Source: Lingula anatina (taxonomy: Eukaryota; Animalia; Brachiopoda). Taken from it: a stretch of DNA of 64,000 nucleotides. Made by a program: the position numbers and the translations under genes. Positions 38,268 to 51,328 of the stretch are shown piece by piece. How positions within the stretch are numbered: the stretch's first letter is position 1; each line of letters starts with the position of its first letter. Location: positions 13,166,567-13,230,566 of the forward strand of contig CM120644.1 in the NCBI GenBank assembly GCA_051362555.1, given 5' to 3'. The notes below the pieces were generated by a model. The model searched no databases, was not told the DNA's origin, and worked only from the letters and a program-made list of their open reading frames with translations.

Positions 38268-39689
38268 TTAATTTCAGCTGTAACGAATATTCTAAAAATA
38301 TGAGTAAACTCCCCCGATTGGACCTTATGCGATTCATGATAATCCTTCATTTGAAAACATTCACGCTTTTAAATACTAATTACAATTATTTTCAAGCAAT
38401 AATTTTCATTTCATTCCTGTACTGACCTGAGAACAAACCCATAACCCGGGTCTCTGGAAACGTCTTCGTTTTAAAGAATAGTGGATGCTTTCGCTCAATC
38501 TGCGCTGAAATTGAATTGTATCATTTAATTTGGAGGAACTAGAATTGCATTACTTGAGACCTCTCACTCTCCTTTCTTGATTTCCTGAATCTATCAATGC
38601 AAATATTTCACTTTACCAGTTGATTCCACTAAGTGCCGCACGTTCATCAGTAGGACATCTGGTTAAGTCAGTATTTGTGTGTGTGCCTAAAACAGATTCT
38701 GCTTTTCAAAAGGCCTAATGTCAAGCATGTCAAGCAGCAATTGTTTAAATATCACGCAATGTTACATATCGATTCTGTTCATACTGTAACATGGCATAGG
38801 AATGAGCAGGTTATCAACCTTTTTATTGAATTGGAATACTTTCCTGTTCAGTGTGTACTTGTGGGAAAGTACAAGCATCTAAATGGCAGTTCACAGTATT
38901 TTTATGAAAAGCAAATTCAGACGAAAACCTACATCATGCCAATAGGTGAATGGTGACTCTGAAACTGCAAAAGCATATAACATGGTGGATGAATAAAGTG
39001 GACTAGCATAAGTAAGTTAAACAATAACCCAAAATTAATTAAACTCATGTAAAACGTGATATATAGCACTGGACATATACAGTCGATACCATTCAACACC
39101 TTATGTAGTCACATTTGAAAGAACAGAAAAAAGTATAACAACACAATATTTTACGGTTTAAATGTATGACCAACTTGAATACAAAACCCTTTCTTTATAG
39201 CTTACTGTATTTAGTTTATATCTATTCACAACAAGCGGCCAAAGCCGTGAAAAGTGTTAGCACCACATTTATGTACAGTTAAGGCATCTGTGTATTTGCG
39301 GCAAAGAATAAGAAAGGGTTAAAAGACGCCAGTCCTTTTGCCTCTTTTGTGTCAAAGAGCTCATTCAGAACAAGTTGGTCCGGGAACTAAATATGGCTGA
39401 TCCACATAAAATCGACACCGCTAATTCCCTGACTGTCTCCGCGTCATCACACGCCATCGCTGCAGGGGTCTAGCAATTAAAACTCAAGCCGAGATTTAAT
39501 CCGCTTAATGGTGCGTGTGGAGGCGCGGAGACCATCAGGGGATGAGGACAGCTTGCTTTTATGTGGGGTCGGTCATATTTTGTCGGGGAATCAGGTAGTC
39601 TGCGGATCATCTGTTCCGAATGCGCTCGAAGATACTATAAGATCAACTGCGTCCACAGTTATAAAAACATTGTAATGGTTTAGTCTTAA

Positions 39690-39959
39690 GGCTCATTTCA
39701 ATTGACACTGTCGGTCTACGTAGATTGCTCCAACTCCGAGATGATCATTCGACTCACGCTGAATGTAGGCCTACTCAGTTTAACAGACTAACACGCCTCC
39801 TATTGTTTCCAATGTACTCGTATCATCACCAGGTTTTCCATGTTCTACTCAACGCCAGGAAGAGGTGTGTTCTCATGCCATAATGACTGCATTCAGCGAG
39901 AGTCCCCGAGGAGTTAGATAGGTCTACGTAGACCGATAGTTTCAATGGGAATGAGCCCC
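39690..39959. mobile_element. PIF/Harbinger-like MITE, family member A
   Basis: Imperfect TIRs GGCTCATT..TCGGTCTACGTAGA / TCTACGTAGACCGA..AATGAGCC; TAA flanks. Confidence 0.72.
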
Positions 39960-40402
39960 TAAAGGCAGTTAGCACAAGGTTTACGGTGTAAATGGGTTAT
40001 CACTATTTTTTCAGAAAAGATAACAATTACTAGAGTATCTACTGCATTTCAGGAGAGTGGGGGCCTATTTTCTTCGTCTGATAGCTGTAAGCAAAGAAAA
40101 AGTTGGCATGAGGTACACATATGTGAATTGAAGTGTTTCAATCACTTATTAGAACAAGAAATTGCGTCACAACAATCTAAATTGTTGCAAAAAGACGTTA
40201 ATGGAAACAAATTTTAACAGCTAAGGGGACTGCGGTGTCAGTTAATTTTTCAATCAATCCAAAGTACGAGATAAATTGACGTATCAGTTCTTTCTAAGTG
40301 CAAAAAAAAAAACATAACAGAGATTTTGATCGTACAGAGAGAAAAACAGACCCTTAATCACACAATCAACTCAAAGTACAAGGCGAAAATAGAAAAGGTT
40401 TA

Positions 40403-40659
40403 GGCCCCATTCCCATAAACAACATTGGTCTACGTAAATCGATCCAACTCCGCTGGAACTCTCGCTGAATGCAATCTGTATAACAAATTTACATGCCTTC
40501 CTCTGGCGAACAAAGTAGAACAGAAAAGCTGGTATTTATATGAGTTTCGTTGAAAACTAAAGGAGGCGTGTCATTCGGTAGAGCTGATTGCACTCAGGGA
40601 AAATCCCTGCAGAATTGGATCGATCTACGCAGACCGATGGCGACTGTGTGAATGGGACC
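40403..40659. mobile_element. PIF/Harbinger-like MITE, family member B (inverted relative to A)
   Basis: TTA|GGCCCCATTC..GAATGGGACC|TTA. Its interior (CTCTCGCTGAATGCA, GGAGGCGTGT) matches the reverse complement of 39690..39959. Confidence 0.72.
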
Positions 40660-42470
40660 TTAGTCACCCTTTTGCTTTATGTTCGGTGTCATTTAGTGTT
40701 AAAAAGGAAACGGTAGCTGATAAGTGCAACAAGAAACAAAGTGACAGACCTGATGGATTCTATGGCCTCAGCATGATAGATGTTGAACGATAGAGATTAA
40801 ATAGCACACAGGCGAGGGGTATGGATTAAGAGCGTTCAAATCAATTTTAAGTTGAATGCAAATGTAGGTTAACTAGGTGGATTTTTTTTTGTGTGTAAGT
40901 GCATTTAGCAGTAAAAAATGCCCTGCGTGCTCAGGTAGCTACCTGCTGTGAGGTTTTAAGAATATTTTGTGCCAAAGTTATAGAAAGCACATTGTTTGAT
41001 AGGGTTACTATCTACAGGTACCCAGTTTAATATATTTTTCTTTTTTTTTTTGAAATGAAAATAAAGCTAAGTTGTCTTTTTTTTCAGAATTGCTTTTTTA
41101 ATATGTGCAACTAAATATTGTAGGTGTTGAAAGGCTTTTTCAATTAGATACACGATGGTGTTTTAAGAGAAATGATACCCAAAACACAAAACATAATTAG
41201 ATATCGAAAACGCGTTAGTCTTCTTCGTCGAAGGTAGGCGTTTCAAATATATCAATTTCTGCATCGCATAGTGTTCCAGAAAAAAAATCTTTATCGCAGC
41301 CCAATATCGACTGCTAAGTAATGGACCAGATATAGCATGCCTTGATAATGAATTATTACATGACAACGATTAACCCATTAAACCATATACACTCTGATGT
41401 CAGTTATTCAGTTTTATCTGGGTTGCACGACACCAAATGGGATATTGTATTTGCTATCTATAGAGTGGTGTATATAAAAAGGTTACCGTGGCAGCAAAGT
41501 ACCCGGTAGCACTTACGGAGTTTAGAAGAAGCAGAGCGCACTGGTCGATCTTCCTAAGTGAAGACAGTATGATAAATTGACCAAGCGTGCATCTATTTTA
41601 AAGAGAGATGAAAGGATACCTGGGAAAGATATCTGAATAGACACGGCATTATCTCATCAATCACCGTGTGTAAAAGCTATGATATCAACTTTAGAGTTAA
41701 AGAATTACATCTGAATGCTCTAAACGTAGGCTGTATATACGTAACGGTTGGCCAGGAACAGTAATCTCGACAACGACGAAAGAATCGTTAAAGCTAAATA
41801 AGCACTGCCTGGCTTGTGTTCTTGTACCATCATTTAAGAATAAGGCGGACCAGCTACGCATAGCAAAGCAACAAATATTTCAGAATATGACTTTTAGGGT
41901 TCAAAATAGATAAAATATTCAACTATTGCTCCGTATGTGGGATGTTTCACTTGTCCCAAGGCATATGGTTACTGCCAACGACGGTGTCAATTCCATTTTA
42001 ATGTGTATCATCATCGCCTACTACCTCCCCGACAGTAAAAAACGACTCACAAGCCCATTAAAAGAACATATGATGATTTATAGTATACTCTTAAGTCGTT
42101 CGTTTCTTAGCGCCATTAGACAACTGCTCTTAATTTCCAGTTAAGATAGTTACATGGCTTTTGGAACAGCGATATACCCGATTGCGTTAGTAAACATTCC
42201 CCGTGAATGTTAAAGTACGTTGCATGGCTCTGTGGATTCAGCAGCTTTGGTGTCATGGGAAATTCATGGGTTCTGTTGTCATTCGTGTATTGCACTTTGC
42301 TTACCAAAATTTGTTATTTTGACACAGATTTGCATTGCGTGTGTTCAAAGACAGGGATTATAAGACAATGGAACTCGTTCTAGATCTAGAGCGCCTGTTT
42401 GACGACACTTGCACGTCTTACTGTAGTGATCACGTGGTCGGCCACCCAGCAGTTCAGTTTGAACCTTTAA

Positions 42471-42846
42471 AGGTACATCCGAATCGAGTGTCGGTGGAGC
42501 GTGGATTCCCAGTAGTACATATAAACCACTTCCACTCGTTGCTTATACGACTCAAATAAATTCGACATGCCAAGGAATAAACTGGAAAGATCACTCGATC
42601 AGCCATAAAAGACCTTTAGACTGCTCCTTTCTTTAAATTTTTGGTCCGAAATTTAACCTTCTTTCGTGACCTACTTTTCTGCCCCATTGACATACAGCAT
42701 AGAATGCTAGCAGAAAAATCCGTTCAAACATCATTTTCGGGTAAAATTAAACAATGCCCTTTGGTAATTCTCTTAGTTATACTACTTTAAAATGTATGTT
42801 GGCATTTGGTCGGTTTTTGTGGCAAAAAATGACTTTGTATGCATCT
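42471..42846. mobile_element. Uninterrupted Kolobok-like MITE (376 bp)
   Basis: TTAA|AGGTACAT ... ATGCATCT|TTAA; colinear with the split element at 23309..26187. Confidence 0.75.
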
Positions 42847-43272
42847 TTAAATAAGAGGACTGATCATATGAAGGAAAATGAGCTTCTACTTGTATATGAC
42901 AGGCATCATACAGGTATTGTGCCTGGCTCCACATGCTCTTAATTTAGTTGTTATTAAATATGCAAATTCATCGGAGACTCTTCTCAATCCAAACGTATCT
43001 AATCTTATGGAACTTCGCACTATTGAATTGCGAGGCAATTAAGCTTTAGTGTTTTCGGACGAGTATACAAATGATTAAAAACTTTAAAATTATTTTCAGT
43101 ATGTTTAAACCAATAACCATTTGGATAAACCTATTACCCTTAGGCTTATTAGCAGTAATTTGAGATATTTGGAAACTGTTTTGGCGTTAAGGAATAGATT
43201 ACTAGTTAGATGTACATAGAGCGTCAGCATCACTGAATGCAATGCGATTTCATACTGATACCCAGTGTAGCT

Positions 43273-43321
<49 letters not shown>

Positions 43322-46300
43322 AAAGGACGTTTTGGATTCCAGTATGATTGCATTAGAAGTACGGTCAAATTAAATAAGTGACATTATTGGACGGTAGTTG
43401 CAATTTAGATTACCAGAAGATAGGATACTCATGTAGCTAAAGGTCATAGTTGTCAACGCAAAACGGAATATAACAGAATCTCCCATCCGTTTATCGTGGT
43501 ACGTAACACACCCGGCCACCAGAAACCCTGTGTCTCAGAATGTCGATTTAAATGGACAAGACAGGTATACTATATTAGATATATTGAAGGTTTTTATATC
43601 GCACACTGAATATCAGGGTACAAAAAGTTTCATGACGGACAAATACATAAAAAAGTCCCCCCTTCTGTTGAAAAGAAAAAAAAATGGGTTTATCAATTTA
43701 TATTGCTTTGAAATCCACTGCTCTCCAAGCGATATGCCTCTATCAGATGAGTTTCCCTCGGCATTAAGTAGTACTATCGAATAAATTCCCCCTACAGCAA
43801 TAGCCATAATTCAATACAAGTCCAGATGCAGACAGTGATTACTGCAGATTCATGGTAATTGATTCCGTCAATCTAATTGTTAATCTTATTGGCGTGGGTG
43901 CCTGTCTCCCCGATTCAGATGTTTATACATTTGTAGAACGGTAAAGAGATTCGTTCTGTAGTTCATTTCTTAGTTGATTGTTTGGTCCAATTGTGCAGTT
44001 ACGCATATGGCAATGAAGCAGCGTATTTATCATTTTATCTGGCTGTATGAAGCCAATAGAAATATGTTTGTAATGACGCTGTTTGCATTGCGTCTTTGAT
44101 TCGGAACTCAATAATTATGTGATTGGCATAGAGGGTAATTTGAAAGACACAGATTATTTGATAATTGCTCCTCAAAAATGAACAAACAAAAATTAAAAAA
44201 AAAACATTATGATTCGTTCTTATAAGCAATCCACGTATGGTCCTACTTGTATAAGACATACGCCATGGTTACCAATACCATGATTTAACAAGATTTAGAT
44301 CAGATCTACTGTCTTGCGAAGGTGGACGGGTGGGGGGACCTGGAACAGAAATAGAAAAAATAAAGGAAGGCGATGCGAGGAAACTTAGAAAAAAAGAGGG
44401 CAATTTTATCACGATACAAGTTAGTTATATGGATATGGCAGTGGTTAGACTTTGACGAAATTCACCCTTAACCGTTTTTAGGAGGGGGAGAGATCGAAAT
44501 ATGCCCTCCCTCCCCGAAATGGTCATTACATTGTCCATTTGCAACTGCAGTTATCTACAAGTCGGGCAGCCATTTCTTATGTGGGCGCACGGCTCCATGC
44601 ATCTATGCTCTAGTTAACTCCATTTTATGGAATTATGCCCCAGACAAGCGACTCTTCATATCTTTTCTGGATGAGTAAATTCCCATCATGCCAGTGCATT
44701 GATTTGTGCCTCTTCTTATCGATGTCTTTATAGTCAAATTTATTATAGAACTTCTCATCAATAGATGGTGGTAATTTCGAAATATCCCAAAGGTCTCTGA
44801 AGGGCAGTTAGATTTTGTTAACGAAATCCAGATTGATGTCCGCAGATACGAGTATACCCCGGTGAGACTAAAGGATCTTTCACAGGAAGCGTTTTGTCTT
44901 AGCGATATAACTGTATCGGTATGTTTTGATGGACTGACAACTGAATAGACTGCAACTAGCTATCACGTAAATAGTTCAACCCAACGGAGTTTCTTCGCTC
45001 TTCACGGCTAACTTATCAACTTCGATTTCGTCAAAAAGCGGTAAGCAATCTTGTAGAGAACTTGCGAAAGAGAGTAGGTCCCCTGTAGTGATTATATATA
45101 CCGATGTGACGTGATTGGTAGTCTGCTAGGAACCTTAGTTCCTTCCCCATTACTTCGTACAGGTGGTATTCGTCCCATGTACTAACCCTGATACTCCGAC
45201 TAACCCTTATCTGTACTAAATCATAGAGGGGGGCAGGTACAAGTATTATTGTTTTCAGAGCTCTCTCGTTTCAGATGAGGTGAAGACCCTGCTTCGTGAG
45301 TGCTACCTTTACTTACGTGATTGGAAGTGAGGTTCTAAGTGACTTAAGTGCTACTAGACTGTACTAGTTGTTGTTGACTGAAAGCACATTAAATCAATAT
45401 GGCAAGAGGGATTCGATCAAATCTGTTTATATCAGCATCGATTTGCATGATAAATGAGGAAACTATTTCTGTCAAACTCAGATGTTTATCTTTATTTTTA
45501 ATGTTATTCCAGATGATTTAATCAAAGTCCCTCAGTTTTCAGGGGAGTGGGATTACTAAAAGTAAATTTTCCTTTGCAAAATTATGGTATTTAAACAGTA
45601 TTTTAATTTAAACTCTATTTTAATTCACAAACATTGTAATTGAAATTGTTAAATGCATCATTGTATATATGGACCGGTATAATGAAACAAGAAACACCCG
45701 TAATAGCATTCGTGGCTGTTTTCTTCTTTCATTATAAGGCGCAGAGTAGTAACAATTATTCCTTTATGTTTTTTATTTCAGACGAAATTGGACGTGCTTC
45801 TCAAAGAACACTTTTTCATTGTCTGATAGTGTGATCTCCCAGACACGTCATCTGTATCAAGCATTCGGAATGATAAAGTGGAATATACTGCGTAAACAAC
45901 ATGTCGTCTGCAAAACACAATTGACCTCGCGTGCGTGACAAGACCGCTCCGAAGAAACACTTACGTAAGAAACTGGACATCAAATTTGCTGCGATTTGCA
46001 CGGAACGAATAATTGATTAGTAAATCTATCATATCCGATGCTCTGTCGAGATAGAGAAATTTGATTTTGTCCTTTTTCAATAACGTAGTCTATATGTGGA
46101 AATCCATTTCAGTTCCCCTGGGCACTGGGCGGAGATTCGGAGACCAAAATTGCATAACCCCGGGATTGGATTTCAAAAATGACCATCACTGAACAACTCC
46201 CCAGAGATCCTGTAACAAGATTTTAAGCTCTGTCCAGTATCAAAATATACATTTCTTGTCACAGTGGACTCTCTCGCTTCCAGGAATGTAGAATAAATGG

Positions 46301-47825
46301 CATAAAGCACTTGCTAATGAAAGCCGCAGGACAGAGATCTTCGGAAATGGACACCATGCAATGATGCCGCTTGTGCCAAAGTGGCTGTTTTTTTCATCAC
46401 TGCGCATGTCGCTGGAAAAATTTTGATGTTCCACAAAATGCCGTTTTTTTTTTCATATGACATACTATACAATGGATTTGTAAGATGTTGAATACGACCG
46501 ACAGCGAGTATCATCAAAGTGACTTGAGTTGATAAATGAGCTATTTGACCAGAATACGAAAGTGCTAATATGAGGAAAACTCATCGCGCTTGTCAGAGAT
46601 TACTGGGATATAGCAGCCGGTGTTGAAGTGGCGGTTTGACATTTTTGACCATCAGCCGGGACCAATACTTCGCCATTCTAGTGTACATTAGGTTACAAAC
46701 AGCTGTTATTTCGGAAGCAGTCTTCAAGGACCCTGACGTTCAATACACAAAATGCTTTCGGAGTAGACTGCGCATTGGATGAAATTTTACCGTTTAATCC
46801 AAGACCAAGTCAGCTACAAAATCGTCTAAAAGACAAAAAATCTTACTTTTCTTTAATTTTGCACTCCCCAGGGCTGTCATTCACAGGGAAACTATTCCAA
46901 GAACTAGGAAGCTGCCTGGAAGTACGCTCAAGCATTGAGTTAATGCAAACGCAGTGTTTTGGAAGATACTGCTAAAGTTTCGCACTGCATTATTTCTAAA
47001 GAAAGTGCTGTATAGTGAAAAGAGCTACATCAAACAGGATGGCAACCCAATAGGAAGAAGTGAGTACAATACACAAAGGTTCCTGATATAATAAACGTAA
47101 GAAATAAACTCAAGCAAAACATAGGAGAGGATTGTGTAAAATGACAATTACCTACGATATTACTTACGATATTTGGATGCAAACTCGGACATCGTCCGTC
47201 GCGCCGGCATTTAATTAGTTCAAACGATTTGCTTGACCCGAACTCCGTCTCACAATCGTTTCTAACAGCGGATGCAATCAGGTCGATCAACCGTTTAATT
47301 TTAATTCATTACTTTTTTATTGCTTCCTCTGAGATTAAAAGAAAACCTGGCCGAAACGACGATCTGTTTATGTCGAACTAGACTTCTGCGTGGTCATAAA
47401 GTGCATTTGAGTTTTTACTGCCCTCATAGGGTTAACCTGAAACACGATTGCGACGTAGCGGCACCAATGACGTGAAGCCATCTGGGCTTGCAGAATGCAG
47501 ATCTCTGTGCGTCGTGGATGAACCAGGCCGATGCGTGGTTATCTTTTTGCTTGCCTTGTTAGATAAATCTGCTCAGCCGCCAGAGTTTACGTCTATCTGT
47601 GGCCTCTTCGAGTTGTTATGTGACATAAATGATGTGACATTTTGGCAAGTTTGACAGCAATACGTCAGCTTGCGGAACTCAATCAAAATAGCAATTTGTA
47701 TTAGTTCGGGGGCAATCAATAATCTAATTTTTTTTTTACTCGATTGCGCCCTGGTACTAAATTACACGTTTGATCACAAAGAAAAAAAAATAACTCAAGA
47801 TTGCGGAAGTATTGAAGGATTTACA

Positions 47826-49070
47826 ATGGAACCAGGAAACGCAACAGATATGGCAAGCAATGCGAGCGTGCTTGCTCATATGTCTGGAAGTTTAACGTTA
47901 AGGGAAGGGTCCAAACTCGAGCACCCTTGGCATGGTGTTGAAAGTACATTAAAGGAGGACCAATATCACCATGTGACGTATACAGATGACGTACACAGTG
48001 ACGTGTACAACCACACCCACGTCCTGTTAAGCACAGGGGGTGACATAGCAATTCCAACAGGAAGGATTTTGGTCGCTTCATTGTTGGGGGTTATAATCAT
48101 CGCGACCATATTTGGGAACTCGTTGGTCCTTCTGTCAGTTGCGTTTTTCCGCAAAATGCGGACTCCTACGCATTTGCTCATAGCATCCTTAGCAACGGCG
48201 GATTTTATGGTCGCTCTGCTTGTGTTACCAATAAGTTTATACCACGAACTTGTAGGGGTCTGGAACCTTGGTCCTATAGTATGCGACTTGTGGTTAACGC
48301 TAGACATATTCTGCTGTACGGCAAGCATGTGGAATGTTTGTATTATAGCTTTGGATAGATACTGGAAGATCACTAAGGACGTTGGCTATACGCATGCAAA
48401 GACATTTGCCAGACCAAAAGTGTGTATCATCATGGTGATCACGGCGTGGACGATGTCCGCGGTTATATCGACGGCCCCGTTGTTCGGGTGGTACACCGGA
48501 GTTGAAAAACAAAACCCCATGCTGTGCATGGTCAGCCAAGACATTGGTTACACAATTTTCTCAACAATGGGTGCTTTCTACATCCCCAGCGTTGCTATCA
48601 TTGTGGTCTATGTGCGGATTTACAAATTTGCCATTAAGAGACTACAGGAGCGTGCAAAAGTGAAGAAACGCGACCGGAAGAAATTTGCGAAACTTTACGC
48701 GTCCAACACGACCAGGTTTGTCGACAATTCCAACGAGACGAGCGCCATTGAGAGCACCTACGTGACAGAGGGTATCATGACAAACGGAACGAACATGCGT
48801 CCCTTAAAGGCACGTTCCAACGATCGTTTAAGACGCTCCACGACTATGTTAGGGGCCATCATTGGTTGTTTTGAGATATGTTGGCTGCCGTTTTTTCTCA
48901 TTGCCCTCATAACGCCCCTATGTCCTCGTTGTCATGTTCCGAATATCATATACAGCATCGTCTTGTGGTTGGGATATCTGAATTCTTTACTAAATCCGGT
49001 TATTTATGCCGTTTGGAACAAGGAATTCAGAGGTGCTTTTAAACAGATTACAAGATGCAATTTGAAATAA
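47826..49070 (+). CDS. Intronless class-A aminergic GPCR, 5-HT1-like serotonin receptor (414 aa from ATG 47826)
   Basis: Seven TM segments with the class-A motifs GN (TM1), LAxAD..P (TM2), D3.32 in CDLWLTLDIFCCTAS, DRYW, SQDIGYTIFSTMGAFYIP (TM5), CWLPFF (TM6) and LWLGYLNSLLNPVIY (TM7). N-glycosylation sequons NAT/NAS follow the ATG. The ORF track starts at TTG 47670; the first ATG (acaATGG context) is 47826. The subtype call is by motif resemblance only. Confidence 0.93.
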   Translation: MEPGNATDMASNASVLAHMSGSLTLREGSKLEHPWHGVESTLKEDQYHHVTYTDDVHSDVYNHTHVLLSTGGDIAIPTGRILVASLLGVIIIATIFGNSLVLLSVAFFRKMRTPTHLLIASLATADFMVALLVLPISLYHELVGVWNLGPIVCDLWLTLDIFCCTASMWNVCIIALDRYWKITKDVGYTHAKTFARPKVCIIMVITAWTMSAVISTAPLFGWYTGVEKQNPMLCMVSQDIGYTIFSTMGAFYIPSVAIIVVYVRIYKFAIKRLQERAKVKKRDRKKFAKLYASNTTRFVDNSNETSAIESTYVTEGIMTNGTNMRPLKARSNDRLRRSTTMLGAIIGCFEICWLPFFLIALITPLCPRCHVPNIIYSIVLWLGYLNSLLNPVIYAVWNKEFRGAFKQITRCNLK

Positions 49071-49997
49071 TATGATGAGACAGGCCATTTTGTTATGCAT
49101 GCAAGAATGGAGTCGGCATGATGACTTTTATTGACTATTTATTTTGCTAAAAATAGATGTTCAATTTTTTAAATGCAGTGTTTGCATTTTTTATTAATTT
49201 CATTGAGACATTCTAAGTCTATATGGAAAAAAAATTAAATTCAGTGCATTTTAATAGCGAACAATCGATTGCAAAAGAAAGTAAATGTAAAATGCTAAGA
49301 AGCTGATTAACTTTTACTTGATATTTGTTTTTATATTAAAAAATATGTATAAATGGAAGCTGTAGTTATAAAATGCATAGTCTGAACACCAAAAGTAGTT
49401 CATTTATTTTTTTTCTGCCTATCATCTAGTTCAATGGACTGAATAATGAAGCCTAGGTTACACATTCATACGTCATTAATTTCAGTTGAGAAATACGATC
49501 GGTTACGGCACGAAACAAAAGTCATTATTGTGTTGAGAGTTTAGTGTTATCCGGAACACACCATAGACAAACCTCATGACCTCCTGTCTCTTGACATTTA
49601 AGGACAGCTCTTAGCTTGAAATCGTGCACGCTACCGTGACGAATGAGGTCGAATAAAACATTTTTCAATTAAATGTACTATCGATCCTCAATAAACCTTG
49701 GATGTTTGTGATTCAGAGATATTACATGCTAGTTTAATATAAAAATAATTTGAGAGTAAGTAAATAAATAAATAAATAAATAAATAGAAAAATAAAAGTT
49801 TTCATAATAGACAATTGCAAAATGAACGATACGAACATTTCGGATCGTTTTCATTATCATTTCCAGATTTATTACGATCATCGCTGTCTGGTGTTTACAA
49901 TTATTTAACCTGCCAAACCCTTTATTGATTAAACATAATGTACCTCACTGGCGTGCTTGCTCACTGTCCAGGACCACGAAATCAGACCGTTTACAAA

Positions 49998-50390
49998 CTG
50001 GACTCGGGTGATTGACATCTTAACTTGGGTTGATTGACCTCTTGGCTCAGGGTGATTGACCTCTGGACTCAGGGTGAATTATATCTGGACTCAGGGTCAT
50101 TGACCTCTGAAGTCAGGGTGAACGAAATCTGGACTCGGTTGACTGAAATCTAGACTCAGGGTCATCGACATCTGGACTTGGTGGATTTGACATCTGGACT
50201 AGGATTAATTGACATTTGGAATCAAGTTGATTAAAATATGGACTTGGGGTGACTGACATCTGGATTCGAGGCGATTGAGATCTGGACTTGGGGTGATTGA
50301 CATCTGAGTTTGGAGTGATTGACTTCTGGACAAGGGGTGATTTACATCTGGACTCGGGATGATTGACATCTAGACTTGGGGTGATTGACA
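49998..50390. repeat. Degenerate ~22-bp minisatellite (~18 units)
   Basis: Consensus approximately CTGGACTCAGGGTGATTGACAT. Confidence 0.9.
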
Positions 50391-51294
50391 CGTGGGATTT
50401 CGTAATATTCGGTTTTTGTGTCTTATACCGGATTTAATACGCAGACGGGAAAATCACTAAATTGGGACGCACTCGGGTTTTAAAAGAGATATAAACAATA
50501 TGTTGTACATTATTGAAGAACATTTTTCTTATTACAAGGGGAGTGATGTCTGATCTGTTTTTATGTATGGTCCTTAAAATGTATCTGTGGTAAAAAAAAT
50601 ATACAGGATTCATCACGACAAACACATGCTCATAGTTCTCATTTGAAAAGAGATTTCTTGTAGTCTTTTAGTCCTGATACTTACCGTATTGAACACCTCT
50701 GGGGTATGGAGTGCGTGATTGTGATAAGAAACTACCTGCCTAATAATCTGGTTCACATCCGCCTTGCTCTCTACAAAGAATGGGGCAATAAAATTCCCAC
50801 AAATTAAACTTTTGAGCCTTGTTGAAAGCAAGCCGTTAGACACACGCAAGTAGACCCGCGACTTTCAAAGAGCACATTCTGGTGCTAATTGAATAAAATG
50901 TCTTGATATTTGATGGTGCCATTTCAATTTTATGGATATATTTACCTCAATGGCAATCACTGCAGAAGATCAGGTTTGAGTGGGAGGCTTTTTTTATAAT
51001 ATGAAAACATGGTATAAAATGCCCGTCTTAATCATTGTTATTTTATTCCTCTGTACTGATATGAGGTACGAGAGATCTTCCAATCGAACAACATCCCACT
51101 CAACCATGCATTCCAGCTCTCCGGAGACAGAAAACTCCAACTCTTTCTCACCTCGACATCCTAAACGGTACAAGAAGGATGAGAAAAACTGATATGAGAT
51201 ATGGTATCTTGAAAAAAAAATTATTTGAGACAGTTTACAACTTTGAACTGGGAGAAAAAATATCCCCATTCCCCGCGTAACCCAGATCCCCCCC

Positions 51295-51328
<34 letters not shown>

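Noticed and set aside
47670-47825. 52-aa N-terminal extension of the GPCR in the ORF track
   Set aside because: It starts at TTG. The first ATG, in good context and followed by glycosylation sequons, is 47826. An upstream spliced exon cannot be excluded.
47821-48539. Antisense ORFs over the receptor
   Set aside because: Shadow frames of the real CDS with no independent features.
50113-50391. 92-aa S/P-rich repetitive ORF
   Set aside because: It is a translation of the ~22-bp minisatellite, whose period is not a multiple of three.
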